A program made the translations under genes and the position numbers. 64,000 nt of DNA, taken from sequence record OQ992562.1, one strand, 5' to 3'. This document shows, in pieces, positions 48,145 to 57,768 of the stretch (position 1 is its first letter; the number at the start of each line of letters is the position of its first letter). The notes beneath the pieces were generated by a model. That model was not told the DNA's origin, made no database searches, and worked only from the letters and a program-made list of their open reading frames with translations.

Positions 48145-48684
48145 ATGGGTATTGATGTTTTCCCTGTAGTTACCAAACGTTCCACACGTTCTTCAGATGG
48201 TGCACGTGTACTTAAATTCATTGACATGCATACATGCGAGGCTCTTAACTTTAGCCGTTGCTATTATCTTTGGGATTGGTTAACCGATAATAATGAGTAT
48301 ACCAACCGATTCTGTCGACCGACTCTTAAAGGCTGTGGATTTGGTACACTCGTCAGTGATGACTCGCATCCAGTATGGAACAACTTTGAAGGTCGCCTTT
48401 CACAAATTGTCAATTCCAAACAGGACAATCTAACACCGTACGCCTATTATAGTGAAGATGGTTGGTACCCACTTACAATGATCTTCAATATGGAAGACCT
48501 CTGGAACTTCGATTATGATCAGAAGCCAACGATGTTCGATCAAGATGTTAATGGTGAAGTCATTTCGGAAAAAACCTATCGCCAGCTATTTTTGAGCAAT
48601 GGTGTGGATGATGGTTATTTCAAGTTCCTGGAAGAAACTAAAAAGATGGAGTGTGTTCACTTCATCGCCCGATTCTGGGGATGA
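48145..48684 (+). CDS. Hypothetical protein (~179 aa)
   Basis: Likely start MGIDV. Confidence 0.75.
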   Translation: MGIDVFPVVTKRSTRSSDGARVLKFIDMHTCEALNFSRCYYLWDWLTDNNEYTNRFCRPTLKGCGFGTLVSDDSHPVWNNFEGRLSQIVNSKQDNLTPYAYYSEDGWYPLTMIFNMEDLWNFDYDQKPTMFDQDVNGEVISEKTYRQLFLSNGVDDGYFKFLEETKKMECVHFIARFWG

Positions 48685-48707
48685 TTACTTAACAGGAAAA
48701 GTTAAAA

Positions 48708-49277
48708 ATGGCTATTCTATCTGATAAAACAATCACTGACTTATCTAAAGGTCGTGAACCAATGATTACGGATTTCATTGGTCACCAGGTCCGTGAAAAA
48801 GATGGTAAAAAGATTATTAGTTATGGGCTTAGTTCATATGGGTACGATGTAAGGCTAGCCCGTAATTTTAAGATCTTTTCTAATGTAACAAGTGCAGTTA
48901 TTGACCCATTAGACCCTAGTGATGGATTCTTAGTAGATTGGACTGGTGATTATTGTATTATTCCACCTAACAGTTATATTCTTGGTCATACTGTAGAATC
49001 GTTTAATATTCCAGATGATGTCCTAGCTATTTGCACAGGTAAATCAACCTATGCACGACTAGGTGCAATTGTTAATGTCACTCCTATTGAACCAGGTTTC
49101 AAAGGACAAGTCGTTATTGAGATTGCAAACTGCACTACACTACCTCTAAAAATTTATGCTGATATGGGTATTGCTCAGTTTATGTTCTTTAGAGGTGATG
49201 CCCCATGTGAAGTTAGTTATGCAAAACGTAATGGTAAATATCAAAATCAAATTGGTATCACAACAGCGAGACTTTAA
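48708..49277 (+). CDS. dcd: dCTP deaminase
   Basis: ISYGLSSYGYDVRL, GKSTYAR, VTPIEPGFKG and Y....GKYQ.Q.GIT. Confidence 0.95.
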   Translation: MAILSDKTITDLSKGREPMITDFIGHQVREKDGKKIISYGLSSYGYDVRLARNFKIFSNVTSAVIDPLDPSDGFLVDWTGDYCIIPPNSYILGHTVESFNIPDDVLAICTGKSTYARLGAIVNVTPIEPGFKGQVVIEIANCTTLPLKIYADMGIAQFMFFRGDAPCEVSYAKRNGKYQNQIGITTARL

Positions 49278-49279
49278 TA

Positions 49280-49516
49280 ATGCTTAGTCCTAACCAAGAA
49301 AAGTTTGTCAGTCGGCTAACTGAAATTACAAAGGCATCTGATTCAGAACTTTGTGCAGTTAATGATACAATCTCATTTGATATTTCAACTGATAACATGC
49401 ATGCTGAATTCTTTAATTTGGTTGCTGAACTGCATTTTAAGATTGTTCATATGTTTCCAATTAACCAATATAACACTCGTTATCGGGTTGTTATTCATGA
49501 ACCATTCTATCTATGA
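49280..49516 (+). CDS. Hypothetical protein, 78 aa
   Basis: Directly follows dcd. Confidence 0.7.
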   Translation: MLSPNQEKFVSRLTEITKASDSELCAVNDTISFDISTDNMHAEFFNLVAELHFKIVHMFPINQYNTRYRVVIHEPFYL

Positions 49517-49606
49517 TTGACCAACATAGTGGTTTATACATTCAAAGCATTTTAAACAGTATATCACAAATGTGATATAATCAACATATATAGGAGATTC
49601 TAATAC

Positions 49607-49879
49607 ATGTCACGCAATACTATTTCTTCCTGGAGTGAACTTGGTTCAATGCTGGGTGTACAGCCGAAGCCGGTTCAGAAGAAACAGAAAAATCGAGCTA
49701 AAAAGAATCATGAAGCTGCGGTTCGTAAAAATTCTAGGGAAACCTTTATGGACATTGCTGCAAAACAAACTAAATCAAGTCCTAACTTCCGTAAGAACAA
49801 ACAAAAAGATGTTCGTCATTGCAGTGTATGTGATAATATTAAACTAAAAGAAAATAGCCAAAATGGAAGCTCTATTTAG
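49607..49879 (+). CDS. Small highly basic protein with CxxC, 90 aa
   Basis: AGGAG RBS; Lys/Arg-rich; HCSVC. Confidence 0.75.
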   Translation: MSRNTISSWSELGSMLGVQPKPVQKKQKNRAKKNHEAAVRKNSRETFMDIAAKQTKSSPNFRKNKQKDVRHCSVCDNIKLKENSQNGSSI

Positions 49880-50024
49880 GTACCATGGTATTACCGTTGA
49901 TATTAACCATAAGTTGAAACCTAATGCTAAGACAAAATTAACTCGTGCGGAAATTAACCGATTACAAATACAATATGATAAGCTTTTAGCTGAACGCGAA
50001 GAAGCTTTAAAAGCAATTCCTTAA
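49863..50024 (+). CDS. Small protein, 53 aa (not in ORF track)
   Basis: MEALFRYHGITVDINHKLKPNAKTKLTRAEINRLQIQYDKLLAEREEALKAIP. Confidence 0.6.
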   Translation: MEALFRYHGITVDINHKLKPNAKTKLTRAEINRLQIQYDKLLAEREEALKAIP

Positions 50025-50043
50025 ATTATTGAGGATTTATAAA

Positions 50044-50259
50044 ATGTTCAAGCGCGTTATGAGATATATTCGTGTTTTGAAATTAATTGTTATTTTCTAT
50101 GTTAGGCGACAACTGGGTTTACACGATTATTGTACACGAAAAAATACAATTGCATTAGATCGTGAAAATAATAAACGTGTTCAAATAAATGCTATTTCTC
50201 GTAAAGTCGAAGAAGCATTATTTAAAGTTGAACTAGCTGCGATAATGAGTAAGCGGTAA
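50044..50259 (+). CDS. Small basic protein (~71 aa)
   Basis: GAGGA RBS before ATG 50044. Confidence 0.75.
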   Translation: MFKRVMRYIRVLKLIVIFYVRRQLGLHDYCTRKNTIALDRENNKRVQINAISRKVEEALFKVELAAIMSKR

Positions 50260-50270
50260 TGTTGTCATAA

Positions 50271-50292
50271 AGCCCTCCCTTCGGGGAGGGCT
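50271..50292 (+). terminator. Intrinsic terminator, UUCG loop
   Basis: AGCCCTCCC-TTCG-GGGAGGGCT. Confidence 0.8.
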
Positions 50293-50317
50293 ATTGCACT
50301 AAATTTTATTTGAGATC

Positions 50318-50325
50318 TACATTAT
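50318..50325 (+). promoter_or_regulatory. Variant early promoter (TACATTAT)
   Basis: TTTGAGATCTACATTAT keeps the upstream AGATC context of the TATATTAC promoters and follows a terminator. Confidence 0.45.
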
Positions 50326-50369
50326 AGATTAGCATATACTAATGGAAACATCTACATGAGGTAATTATC

Positions 50370-50669
50370 GTGAACGAAGCTATTATTTCACTGGACCGCA
50401 GAGGAGCCCATCATTTAGGATCTCGCGGTTATCCAATTAGATCAATTGGAGATGTTACAGTATTTGATTTGAATCATAATCAACTATATCCCAAAATCCA
50501 TTCTCTTAAAGATCAAAATCATGATGGATGGCACTCCATTAGTGTTGATGATGAAAATGGAGTAACAGCATATACGTTTGTTTTGAATATGGATCTTAAT
50601 CTAGGATGGCTAAGACCTAAGCAGCCTAATGTTGGTGGTGGATATATCAAAATCAAATTTGAACAATAA
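50370..50669 (+). CDS. Hypothetical protein, 99 aa
   Basis: GAGGT RBS, GTG start. Confidence 0.75.
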   Translation: MNEAIISLDRRGAHHLGSRGYPIRSIGDVTVFDLNHNQLYPKIHSLKDQNHDGWHSISVDDENGVTAYTFVLNMDLNLGWLRPKQPNVGGGYIKIKFEQ

Positions 50670-50687
50670 GCGGTGTGTACACCGCTT
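50668..50687 (+). terminator. Intrinsic terminator
   Basis: AAGCGGTGT..ACACCGCTT followed by TTATT. Confidence 0.65.
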
Positions 50688-50718
50688 TTATTCCGTGTTT
50701 ATACTCAAAAGGTAATTT

Positions 50719-51852
50719 ATGATTATGTTTAAGTACTTAAAAAATGTTATTGATATTTTTAACAAACCAAAAAAGGTAGATACATTAGAACAAAAGATAG
50801 CTAATCTAAATGATAAATACATCAGAGAAAATGTAGATGTTGATCAAATTGATATTCTGTCAGGTTATTTCACAGGAATGCTATCTGGGAAATTACATGA
50901 TCGAAGTTTAGTATGGGGTTATTATACCAAAGAAACTAAGACATGGATGATTTATTTTGTTGAACAAAATTTTGATTCATTCATGTATAAAGTAACTAAT
51001 AATTCATTAGATATTATTAATCTAACTGATATAGAAGATCTTAAATTATTCTATTTCTCTAATGAACAATACATACCTGTAAATACACCAATCAATAGTG
51101 ATCTAAATGTGGCTGTAATTTTCACATCAAAACCACTCACTAAGGATTTCATTGATCCATCTTTAATAGATCAAGTTAAATCAGTTAATAGTAATTACAA
51201 GATTGTGATGGGTGGGTTATCTAATAATTCCAAATTTGATAGTAACCCAATAACTCTAATTGTAGAGTCTTATGAAGCAGATGGTGATATCGTCGTAGTT
51301 GAACTAACTAATGGTACAACTGTGGCCATCAATAGAAAACTACTTAATATGTTTATGTATCAGTCAAGAATAGTTGATACATGTAATAACTCAAAAGTGC
51401 TTATAGATTTCAATGGACGGCTAAAGTTCACACCTATGGAGAATCATTTAGGTGGTATAAATAGTGCAATGCATTATTGGTCAAGTAATGGAATTATCAA
51501 AATTAGGTGTGACTATAGTATCATATTAGATCTAGATAAGTTTCCAGAGATTGCTAATCATATTGGAAACTGGATACATATTGAAGCTAAGACAATTGCA
51601 AAAGTAATTGACTCGGTTGTGGTACCATACTTAACAAATGGGGAGCTTAGTACGCTCATTGTTGATTTAGATAATATCGATATTCAGTATCGTGGTTTAA
51701 CATTATCTGGTAATATCAGCTTGCGTGATCGTTTAGATAAATGCAAAATCAAACTGATAAATCCATCAACTGATCCATATGAGATACCTAGTCTAAATGG
51801 TAAACGTGATGTCCATGGTTTTTATAGAGTAGATGGAAGTTTATTAAAATGA
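50719..51852 (+). CDS. Hypothetical protein, 377 aa
   Basis: AAGGT RBS; long ORF. Confidence 0.8.
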   Translation: MIMFKYLKNVIDIFNKPKKVDTLEQKIANLNDKYIRENVDVDQIDILSGYFTGMLSGKLHDRSLVWGYYTKETKTWMIYFVEQNFDSFMYKVTNNSLDIINLTDIEDLKLFYFSNEQYIPVNTPINSDLNVAVIFTSKPLTKDFIDPSLIDQVKSVNSNYKIVMGGLSNNSKFDSNPITLIVESYEADGDIVVVELTNGTTVAINRKLLNMFMYQSRIVDTCNNSKVLIDFNGRLKFTPMENHLGGINSAMHYWSSNGIIKIRCDYSIILDLDKFPEIANHIGNWIHIEAKTIAKVIDSVVVPYLTNGELSTLIVDLDNIDIQYRGLTLSGNISLRDRLDKCKIKLINPSTDPYEIPSLNGKRDVHGFYRVDGSLLK

Positions 51853-52319
51853 TTAAATTAGTGATTAGTCTTTTTTATAAAATAGTTAATGAAAAGATGT
51901 CTCCCACATATAAGAAATTAGTTACATTAGATAGAAATGGATACATTTTCAATAATAAACAAGATCTGTATTCGATTAATCTTTCACTCTATCTTGAACT
52001 CATTCATTCAGTGACGAATGACTATATTGTTCAAGAAATTATAATGTGTCTAAGTTCTAAGCCACAAGCAGTGAAAGAACTATTCCTTGAAGACCTAAGT
52101 ACTAATAATCAACTACATTATTCATTGTTAGCTTGTAAAATAATGAATGAGAGGAAAATCATTAATAAGAATATTAATAAAGCGTGTGCTAAAAATATGG
52201 CTACTTTTTTAAAGGGTTATTTCCCAAGAGACTACTTCACTTGGTATAGTTGTCTCTATTTAGCCCTATCGGCTAAAAATAAAGCTGAGAATAACAAAGT
52301 ATCTGTTATTAATGAGTAA
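51849..52319 (+). CDS. Hypothetical protein, 156 aa
   Basis: ATGA overlap. Confidence 0.75.
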   Translation: MIKLVISLFYKIVNEKMSPTYKKLVTLDRNGYIFNNKQDLYSINLSLYLELIHSVTNDYIVQEIIMCLSSKPQAVKELFLEDLSTNNQLHYSLLACKIMNERKIINKNINKACAKNMATFLKGYFPRDYFTWYSCLYLALSAKNKAENNKVSVINE

Positions 52320-52421
52320 ATACAATACTATGTAGTAGTATTTCTATTACGTACCTTTCGAGGCATATACTCCATGACTTATGTTGTGGGGTATATGTGT
52401 TATAATGTTTAAGAGGTTAAA

Positions 52422-52769
52422 ATGCAAAAGCAACTAAATTCTGATGATCTAGATGTTCTTGACTCCTTTAATGCAGCATGGGAAATTGTTAAGGAAGAAC
52501 ATACTGATCTATTCTCACGTATAGCAATGATGGCTATTAATAAGTTAACTGATGATGATATCTCAGTCAATGATACTAAAGTAAGTATTCAGCAAGTAGT
52601 TAATTTCCATGAGAGAATTCGAGATATCATTCCTAGCTCTGAGATTGTTAATCTTACGATTGTTAAAACTATCTTAGGTGAAATGAATGGTTGGTTAGAA
52701 TTTGATGAACTTAATGAAGAACTATTTACAGCATTAGGTAAAGCTTATAGCACTGTTAACTTTAATTGA
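52422..52769 (+). CDS. Hypothetical acidic protein, 115 aa
   Basis: GAGGT RBS. Confidence 0.8.
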   Translation: MQKQLNSDDLDVLDSFNAAWEIVKEEHTDLFSRIAMMAINKLTDDDISVNDTKVSIQQVVNFHERIRDIIPSSEIVNLTIVKTILGEMNGWLEFDELNEELFTALGKAYSTVNFN

Positions 52770-52797
52770 TCATTAATATGAAAATTAAAACAATATA

Positions 52798-52817
52798 AGT
52801 GAGGCATGTGCCTCACT
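52798..52817 (+). terminator. Hairpin, possible terminator
   Basis: AGTGAGGC-ATGT-GCCTCACT; no U-tract. Confidence 0.45.
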
Positions 52818-52837
52818 ACATAGTAGAGGACTAACAC

Positions 52838-53170
52838 ATGCAGATTCAATTAGATCCATTAATGGTTTACCATGGTAGCACTAGATCTTTATTTAATGAA
52901 GATTCTAGTTTAAATGTTGTTGATGTAAGGGGCATTCAATTAAATGCTGAAGGGATAGCTGATAACAAAAATTACTATTTTGATTATGGACGTAAGAAAG
53001 ATGATGATGGTGAAATACTCACTATTTACGTACATGATCGAAATGTAGCTAAAGATTTTATTGTACTGTACGTTGAATTCCATTTAGGCACACATAAATT
53101 TCATACGTATGTACATCCACAATATCGGCATAAATTTCCAGTATTAGTACTGGAGTTATTATTCGTTTAA
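52838..53170 (+). CDS. Hypothetical protein, 110 aa
   Basis: GAGGA RBS. Confidence 0.8.
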   Translation: MQIQLDPLMVYHGSTRSLFNEDSSLNVVDVRGIQLNAEGIADNKNYYFDYGRKKDDDGEILTIYVHDRNVAKDFIVLYVEFHLGTHKFHTYVHPQYRHKFPVLVLELLFV

Positions 53171-53175
53171 TATTA

Positions 53176-53198
53176 AGGGACTCTTAATGAGAGTCCCT
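53176..53198 (+). terminator. Intrinsic terminator
   Basis: AGGGACTCT-TAATG-AGAGTCCCT followed by ATTTATTTT. Confidence 0.75.
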
Positions 53199-53358
53199 AT
53201 TTATTTTGCATAAGTGCATGTATGAAAAAGAAAGCATTTATTGAAACTAACCTAAAATATTCAAATACCAAATATAACAAAGCGATCGTCTGTAATGAAA
53301 TAAAATTCAAACAGTACTAAACATACTAACCCTATGAATTAAAACGCATGGTGGTTGT

Positions 53359-53757
53359 ATGAAAATCTATGGTTCTTCTTTTCATGAAGTCACACTAGAA
53401 TATGGAAAACCCTTTATACGCAATGGGGTTTTAAAACATTTACCTGATCTAGGTACACCAGACTTAGGATGGACTGATTTTAATATCCTTGAAATTATTC
53501 CAGGACCAGGTTATATCGATAAGAATACTCTAAACTTTTATAAAGAAAGAGATTGCTTATTTCCAGCAATCGTCAGGTTTACTGTATTTGAAGAAGAGCG
53601 TAATCGTATTATATCAACAATTAATGTTGATCTGGCGAAAAAGGAATTAGAGTGGAATAAGACTGATCGTTTTTGGGAAATCGAAAACTTTGCAATTAGA
53701 TTCCAATTAACTCAAAATCCTTATTCAGTTTTATGGGCATCCAATGGATCACTATAG
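53359..53757 (+). CDS. Hypothetical protein, 132 aa
   Basis: GGTGG RBS. Confidence 0.75.
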   Translation: MKIYGSSFHEVTLEYGKPFIRNGVLKHLPDLGTPDLGWTDFNILEIIPGPGYIDKNTLNFYKERDCLFPAIVRFTVFEEERNRIISTINVDLAKKELEWNKTDRFWEIENFAIRFQLTQNPYSVLWASNGSL

Positions 53758-54178
53758 GTGTCATATGCTTACAATGGTTCCGTTATACCCTGGTGTGAGA
53801 GGATATCTTGAAGACTCGGTATTTTCAAAGAATGGGATTAATGATATTGGTTATCATAAATGGCTATCCCCTAAACGAGTGGTAGGTCCAGATGGACTAA
53901 TCATTAGTGAGGTAAAGATAACTCCACGTATAGCCAGAATGGAAGGCGAAGTAATTCTTAAAGTATGGGATAAATGGCGAAGAGCCCAGCCTAAGCTAGT
54001 TGCTACTGTGTATATTGATCCTAAAGATAATTCATACAGGGTAGAAGTAGAGCCTTTTTATGCATGTCGTCGGATATTACTTGAAGTGGATTTATGGGCT
54101 CAAGTAATACCTGGTGACCGTGCACCATTTGTAAATGACTCTGTAGATGGTACATGGGCATCAAGAGATATTATTTAA
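53744..54178 (+). CDS. Hypothetical protein, 144 aa
   Basis: Overlapping operon ORF. Confidence 0.75.
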   Translation: MDHYRCHMLTMVPLYPGVRGYLEDSVFSKNGINDIGYHKWLSPKRVVGPDGLIISEVKITPRIARMEGEVILKVWDKWRRAQPKLVATVYIDPKDNSYRVEVEPFYACRRILLEVDLWAQVIPGDRAPFVNDSVDGTWASRDII

Positions 54179-54477
54179 TGCTTATACCAATTAAACTTCG
54201 TAAGACATTTAAAAGACTGGGCAAAAGACATTCTAAAAGAGTGTTGGCTGCCCAGTCATCTTTTCTGCCGTTTGGTGAATTAACGTTGAGGAAGCAAAGA
54301 ATGCCTAAGAAAAATAAAGAATATATTCTTGATGTTATTGATACTAATACTAAAGAACTACAGGCACAGATTAATACGTTAAGTGAACTTGTATGTGAAC
54401 AACAGAAACAAATTAGTTTATTAAACAGAACACTAGTTGAGTTACAAGATAATTTGAAAAAAAAAGATAGGGATTAA
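54178..54477 (+). CDS. Hypothetical protein with C-terminal coiled coil (~99 aa)
   Basis: TAATG coupling; heptad-like C-terminus. Confidence 0.7.
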   Translation: MLIPIKLRKTFKRLGKRHSKRVLAAQSSFLPFGELTLRKQRMPKKNKEYILDVIDTNTKELQAQINTLSELVCEQQKQISLLNRTLVELQDNLKKKDRD

Positions 54478-54479
54478 AA

Positions 54480-54809
54480 ATGAATGTAGTTGATGAGTAC
54501 CTACTTTTGACCTTATTCTGGATAGTTGTTTTATTTTCATTTATCCATGTATCGCAACGTTATAAACGAATTAAAGAAAAACGAAGAGTTGATTTTCTAG
54601 TTAAAAGAGAATTAGTATATAATTATTTCAAAGTAACAGATCCTTCTGAATTAACTAATGATTCTATAGAAAGTATTATACTTAAATTAATTGGTGATAA
54701 TTATAGAAAATTAACAGATATGCAGAAATTAGTAATTAGGGCAGCAGCAGGTCGTGGTTATATGTATAACCCTAACAGACCAATTGGCAAACATTTGAAA
54801 TATATGTGA
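54480..54809 (+). CDS. Membrane protein, 109 aa
   Basis: N-terminal TM helix. Confidence 0.75.
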   Translation: MNVVDEYLLLTLFWIVVLFSFIHVSQRYKRIKEKRRVDFLVKRELVYNYFKVTDPSELTNDSIESIILKLIGDNYRKLTDMQKLVIRAAAGRGYMYNPNRPIGKHLKYM

Positions 54810-54818
54810 GTTATAAAA

Positions 54819-55334
54819 ATGTCAGAAAACCGCCCGTTATATATAGCTGCTATTAAAAAAGATCTTTTAAAAACAACAGGTTTGTATAAACCTTATAATG
54901 ATTCACCAATAGCTGTGGTTAGTAATGAAACCAGTAAGTGGCATGTAATGCTAAATATATTACGACATGGTTGGGAATGGATTGAAATACCTGAAGGTGA
55001 GATTAAACAACCGGAAAGTTACCATGACTATGTTATTCTAGCATTAACCACTGTATTAACTGATACTTTAGATTATAAAAATGATCCAAACTCTGATAAA
55101 TATATCAAGCAAATAATCTGTACTGATATAGCACTAAAAGTTGAATATGATAAATTAATCAATGTGCTAGAGACAAGTAACGAGTTAGATTTAGCTGATG
55201 AATACACCTTTACTAAACAAGGTAATCTCAGAGGATATTTCCATTATGATGAGTATTATGGTTTAGATGTACTGGCATGTGCATCTTATGTGATCTGTTC
55301 ACATATCGAACTAACACCTAGAAATGTTAAATAA
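54819..55334 (+). CDS. Hypothetical protein, 171 aa
   Basis: Operon ORF. Confidence 0.75.
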   Translation: MSENRPLYIAAIKKDLLKTTGLYKPYNDSPIAVVSNETSKWHVMLNILRHGWEWIEIPEGEIKQPESYHDYVILALTTVLTDTLDYKNDPNSDKYIKQIICTDIALKVEYDKLINVLETSNELDLADEYTFTKQGNLRGYFHYDEYYGLDVLACASYVICSHIELTPRNVK

Positions 55335-55346
55335 TAGGAACTACTG

Positions 55347-55946
55347 ATGAAAAAACGTACCGCTTATATCGATCGTGCTAAATTCCGAGATTTTCTAGCC
55401 GAGAAAAAAATTAGCGTAAGTAGCCGACAGTGGATTGAAAAGAGCCACCCAGATCATAAAGAATATTACAAGGCAATCCTAGATTACGTCGTATCTAATG
55501 TAAAATTCAAAGAAGAACGTTATATTGAAAAGGCAAATGAGGTTATTATTAATGGGTGTATTCGATATCATCTACCCATTCACGCTCAACGTGCACTAAC
55601 TGTAGTTGAAGAAGAATTCATTAATAATGCTAGTCTTCAATTTACTTATCTGAATGATAATGATACTAATATTGCCAATATTAACTTTGAAGAAGTTCTT
55701 GATGCACAAGTAACTGAGAATGAAACTGAACTAAGACAAAGTTGGGAATATGTCAATTGTGATATCAACCCATCAGAATACTTTATTGATGTTGTTGATG
55801 TACCAGAAGAACTAATTCTTCGTCTATCTGTATTCCGTTTTGTACACAGTATCAAGAAACTGGAAGTAAAGGATAAGTTAGATCTTGCCGATGTTGTAGG
55901 TAAAGATCTAGTTATTGAAGATGGTAACGTTAAGGTTGTAGAATGA
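55347..55946 (+). CDS. Hypothetical protein, 199 aa
   Basis: AGGA RBS. Confidence 0.8.
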   Translation: MKKRTAYIDRAKFRDFLAEKKISVSSRQWIEKSHPDHKEYYKAILDYVVSNVKFKEERYIEKANEVIINGCIRYHLPIHAQRALTVVEEEFINNASLQFTYLNDNDTNIANINFEEVLDAQVTENETELRQSWEYVNCDINPSEYFIDVVDVPEELILRLSVFRFVHSIKKLEVKDKLDLADVVGKDLVIEDGNVKVVE

Positions 55947-56023
55947 TTTAAGGCTATTTTAGTAGCTTTATATTCTGATCTTAGCAACCTAGGTACAACG
56001 TGATGCAATGTTTAACACACGTA

Positions 56024-56368
56024 ATGAAGTTAGTGGCCGTATTAAGTACGTTGTTATACGTATCAAACCCACTAGCTGCATCGTTGGTAGTTGACGAGAA
56101 TTACTGTAATGGTGTTGCACTTATAGCACATGCCACAGCAGAAGCACGTCAGCGTAAAACACCCATTTTACAATGGGAAGAAAACCTACGATCCCTAAAA
56201 GGGTACGGCGTGAAGAACAAAGATAACGTTCTTTACAATGTTCTCCCAGCAGCAATTAAAGAGGTGCACGTTGTGTATTCACGTAGACAAAGCCCACGTG
56301 ATGCATACGTTACATCATTTAAAACCTGTATGGATAACAACTACGGTAAAGCTGTGGTTGTAAAATAA
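56024..56368 (+). CDS. Predicted secreted protein (~114 aa)
   Basis: Signal-like MKLVAVLSTLLYVSNPLAA; two Cys. Confidence 0.7.
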   Translation: MKLVAVLSTLLYVSNPLAASLVVDENYCNGVALIAHATAEARQRKTPILQWEENLRSLKGYGVKNKDNVLYNVLPAAIKEVHVVYSRRQSPRDAYVTSFKTCMDNNYGKAVVVK

Positions 56369-56370
56369 AT

Positions 56371-56390
56371 ACCAGCCCTTCGGGGCTGGT
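56371..56390 (+). terminator. Intrinsic terminator, UUCG loop
   Basis: ACCAGCCC-TTCG-GGGCTGGT followed by TTATTT. Confidence 0.85.
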
Positions 56391-56424
56391 TTATTTCATC
56401 TAGATGAGAATCTGTGGGTTGCAA

Positions 56425-56721
56425 ATGTATAAAGTATTTGTTATATCAATGATAACACTAACGGCTATATCAACATGTGTAACTTTCATTATTAATATAA
56501 AAAATCATTATATTCACTGGATGGGTGTTTATAAGGTTAGATATGTATTAGATAAAATGCCCAATGGCATAAGTTATTTTTTCTATCAAAATGCTGTCCA
56601 AGACATTATAGATAAAGAATCATCTAAAATAACAAATCAACATATTTTTACATCTTTTATTTACGATATCAACTCATTGATTATATTAAAATGTAATAAT
56701 AGGGAAACAGCAAATGAATGA
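56425..56721 (+). CDS. Membrane protein (~98 aa)
   Basis: N-terminal TM helix. Confidence 0.7.
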   Translation: MYKVFVISMITLTAISTCVTFIINIKNHYIHWMGVYKVRYVLDKMPNGISYFFYQNAVQDIIDKESSKITNQHIFTSFIYDINSLIILKCNNRETANE

Positions 56722-57004
56722 TATCATGACAGTAATTATAGGTATTTTGTTTCTGATTATAATGATGGCTTTAATTAACTGGGGTTATTATGCCATCAAA
56801 CACACGATAAAGTGTAACAGGCTTTATAAAGAAGCACTATCAATTATTGACAATATGAGTGATGGTTTATCTGAATACCAGTATACAGTAGCTATTGGAC
56901 GTTTACGTAAAAAGGCATACTCTATCGACCATTTAACTGCTGTTAAAATGTTTGAAGCATTAGACTTAGTTATTAAAGATAAGTCAAGAAAGAAAAATAA
57001 ATAA
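56714..57004 (+). CDS. Membrane protein, 96 aa
   Basis: N-terminal TM helix. Confidence 0.75.
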   Translation: MNDIMTVIIGILFLIIMMALINWGYYAIKHTIKCNRLYKEALSIIDNMSDGLSEYQYTVAIGRLRKKAYSIDHLTAVKMFEALDLVIKDKSRKKNK

Positions 57005-57012
57005 GCATAAAT

Positions 57013-57034
57013 AGGAGAGCTATTTAGCTCTCCT
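57013..57034 (+). terminator. Intrinsic terminator
   Basis: AGGAGAGCT..AGCTCTCCT followed by TTATT. Confidence 0.75.
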
Positions 57035-57061
57035 TTATTGCATTAAATTTTTTTTGAAATC

Positions 57062-57069
57062 TATATTAC
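57062..57069 (+). promoter_or_regulatory. phiKZ-type early promoter (TATATTAC)
   Basis: TTTTGAAATCTATATTAC after a terminator. Confidence 0.75.
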
Positions 57070-57105
57070 ATATTTGGTCAAGTCATATCAAAATAGGTAG
57101 TTATA

Positions 57106-57279
57106 ATGCTAGCATTACATTCACTACTATTATTAGTTATAGTGATTTGTTATATAATTCATAAGTGGTTGTGGTATACTTTCAATATGTTTAAACTAAA
57201 AGACATTATTAAAAATAAAGACAATTTAACTAATGATGAACTATTAAAATTACTCATTGATAAAATAAAGGCAACCTAA
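57106..57279 (+). CDS. Small membrane protein, 57 aa (not in ORF track)
   Basis: MLALHSLLLLVIVICYIIHKWLWY...; AGGT RBS; TAATG coupling to the next gene. Confidence 0.75.
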   Translation: MLALHSLLLLVIVICYIIHKWLWYTFNMFKLKDIIKNKDNLTNDELLKLLIDKIKAT

Positions 57280-57746
57280 TGTATCCATTCTTTACAGGTA
57301 ATGAGAAAGTTACTGTAGATGTTCTTGATGATAAACATAATCTACATAGAAGTTGGACTGATTATAAACATCCCATCACGACGCGTGTGGACGGTAAACT
57401 AACCAATGTGTGGTATAAAGTTGAACCACCGATGAGTGCTAAGGATATTGAAAATAACTTTACAATTGACAAAGATAAAGTTAAATTATCTAATCGTTTG
57501 CACCAAGCTTTAGATGCAACGTTGATTAAAAATGAATTAGAAGAGTTTAACAAATTAATTGATCTATGCGTAAAACATGTTAATTCAGTTAGTATTCATC
57601 TAGGTCTTACTATTTGGAAATTAGCAGATACTGTAAAATATGAAAAAGCAGATTTAAAGAAACTATTTAATGCACATTATACCAAATCTACTGAACTTGT
57701 AAAAGAAAAGAATATAGTGCCCTCAGTAGAAGATATCTTCCTATAA
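57279..57746 (+). CDS. Hypothetical protein, 155 aa
   Basis: Coupled start. Confidence 0.8.
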   Translation: MYPFFTGNEKVTVDVLDDKHNLHRSWTDYKHPITTRVDGKLTNVWYKVEPPMSAKDIENNFTIDKDKVKLSNRLHQALDATLIKNELEEFNKLIDLCVKHVNSVSIHLGLTIWKLADTVKYEKADLKKLFNAHYTKSTELVKEKNIVPSVEDIFL

Positions 57747-57768
57747 TTTATTTAAAGGTAATACAAAT

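Noticed and set aside
53222-53320. 32-codon basic ORF MKKKAFIETN...
   Set aside because: No RBS; expected by chance at this AT content
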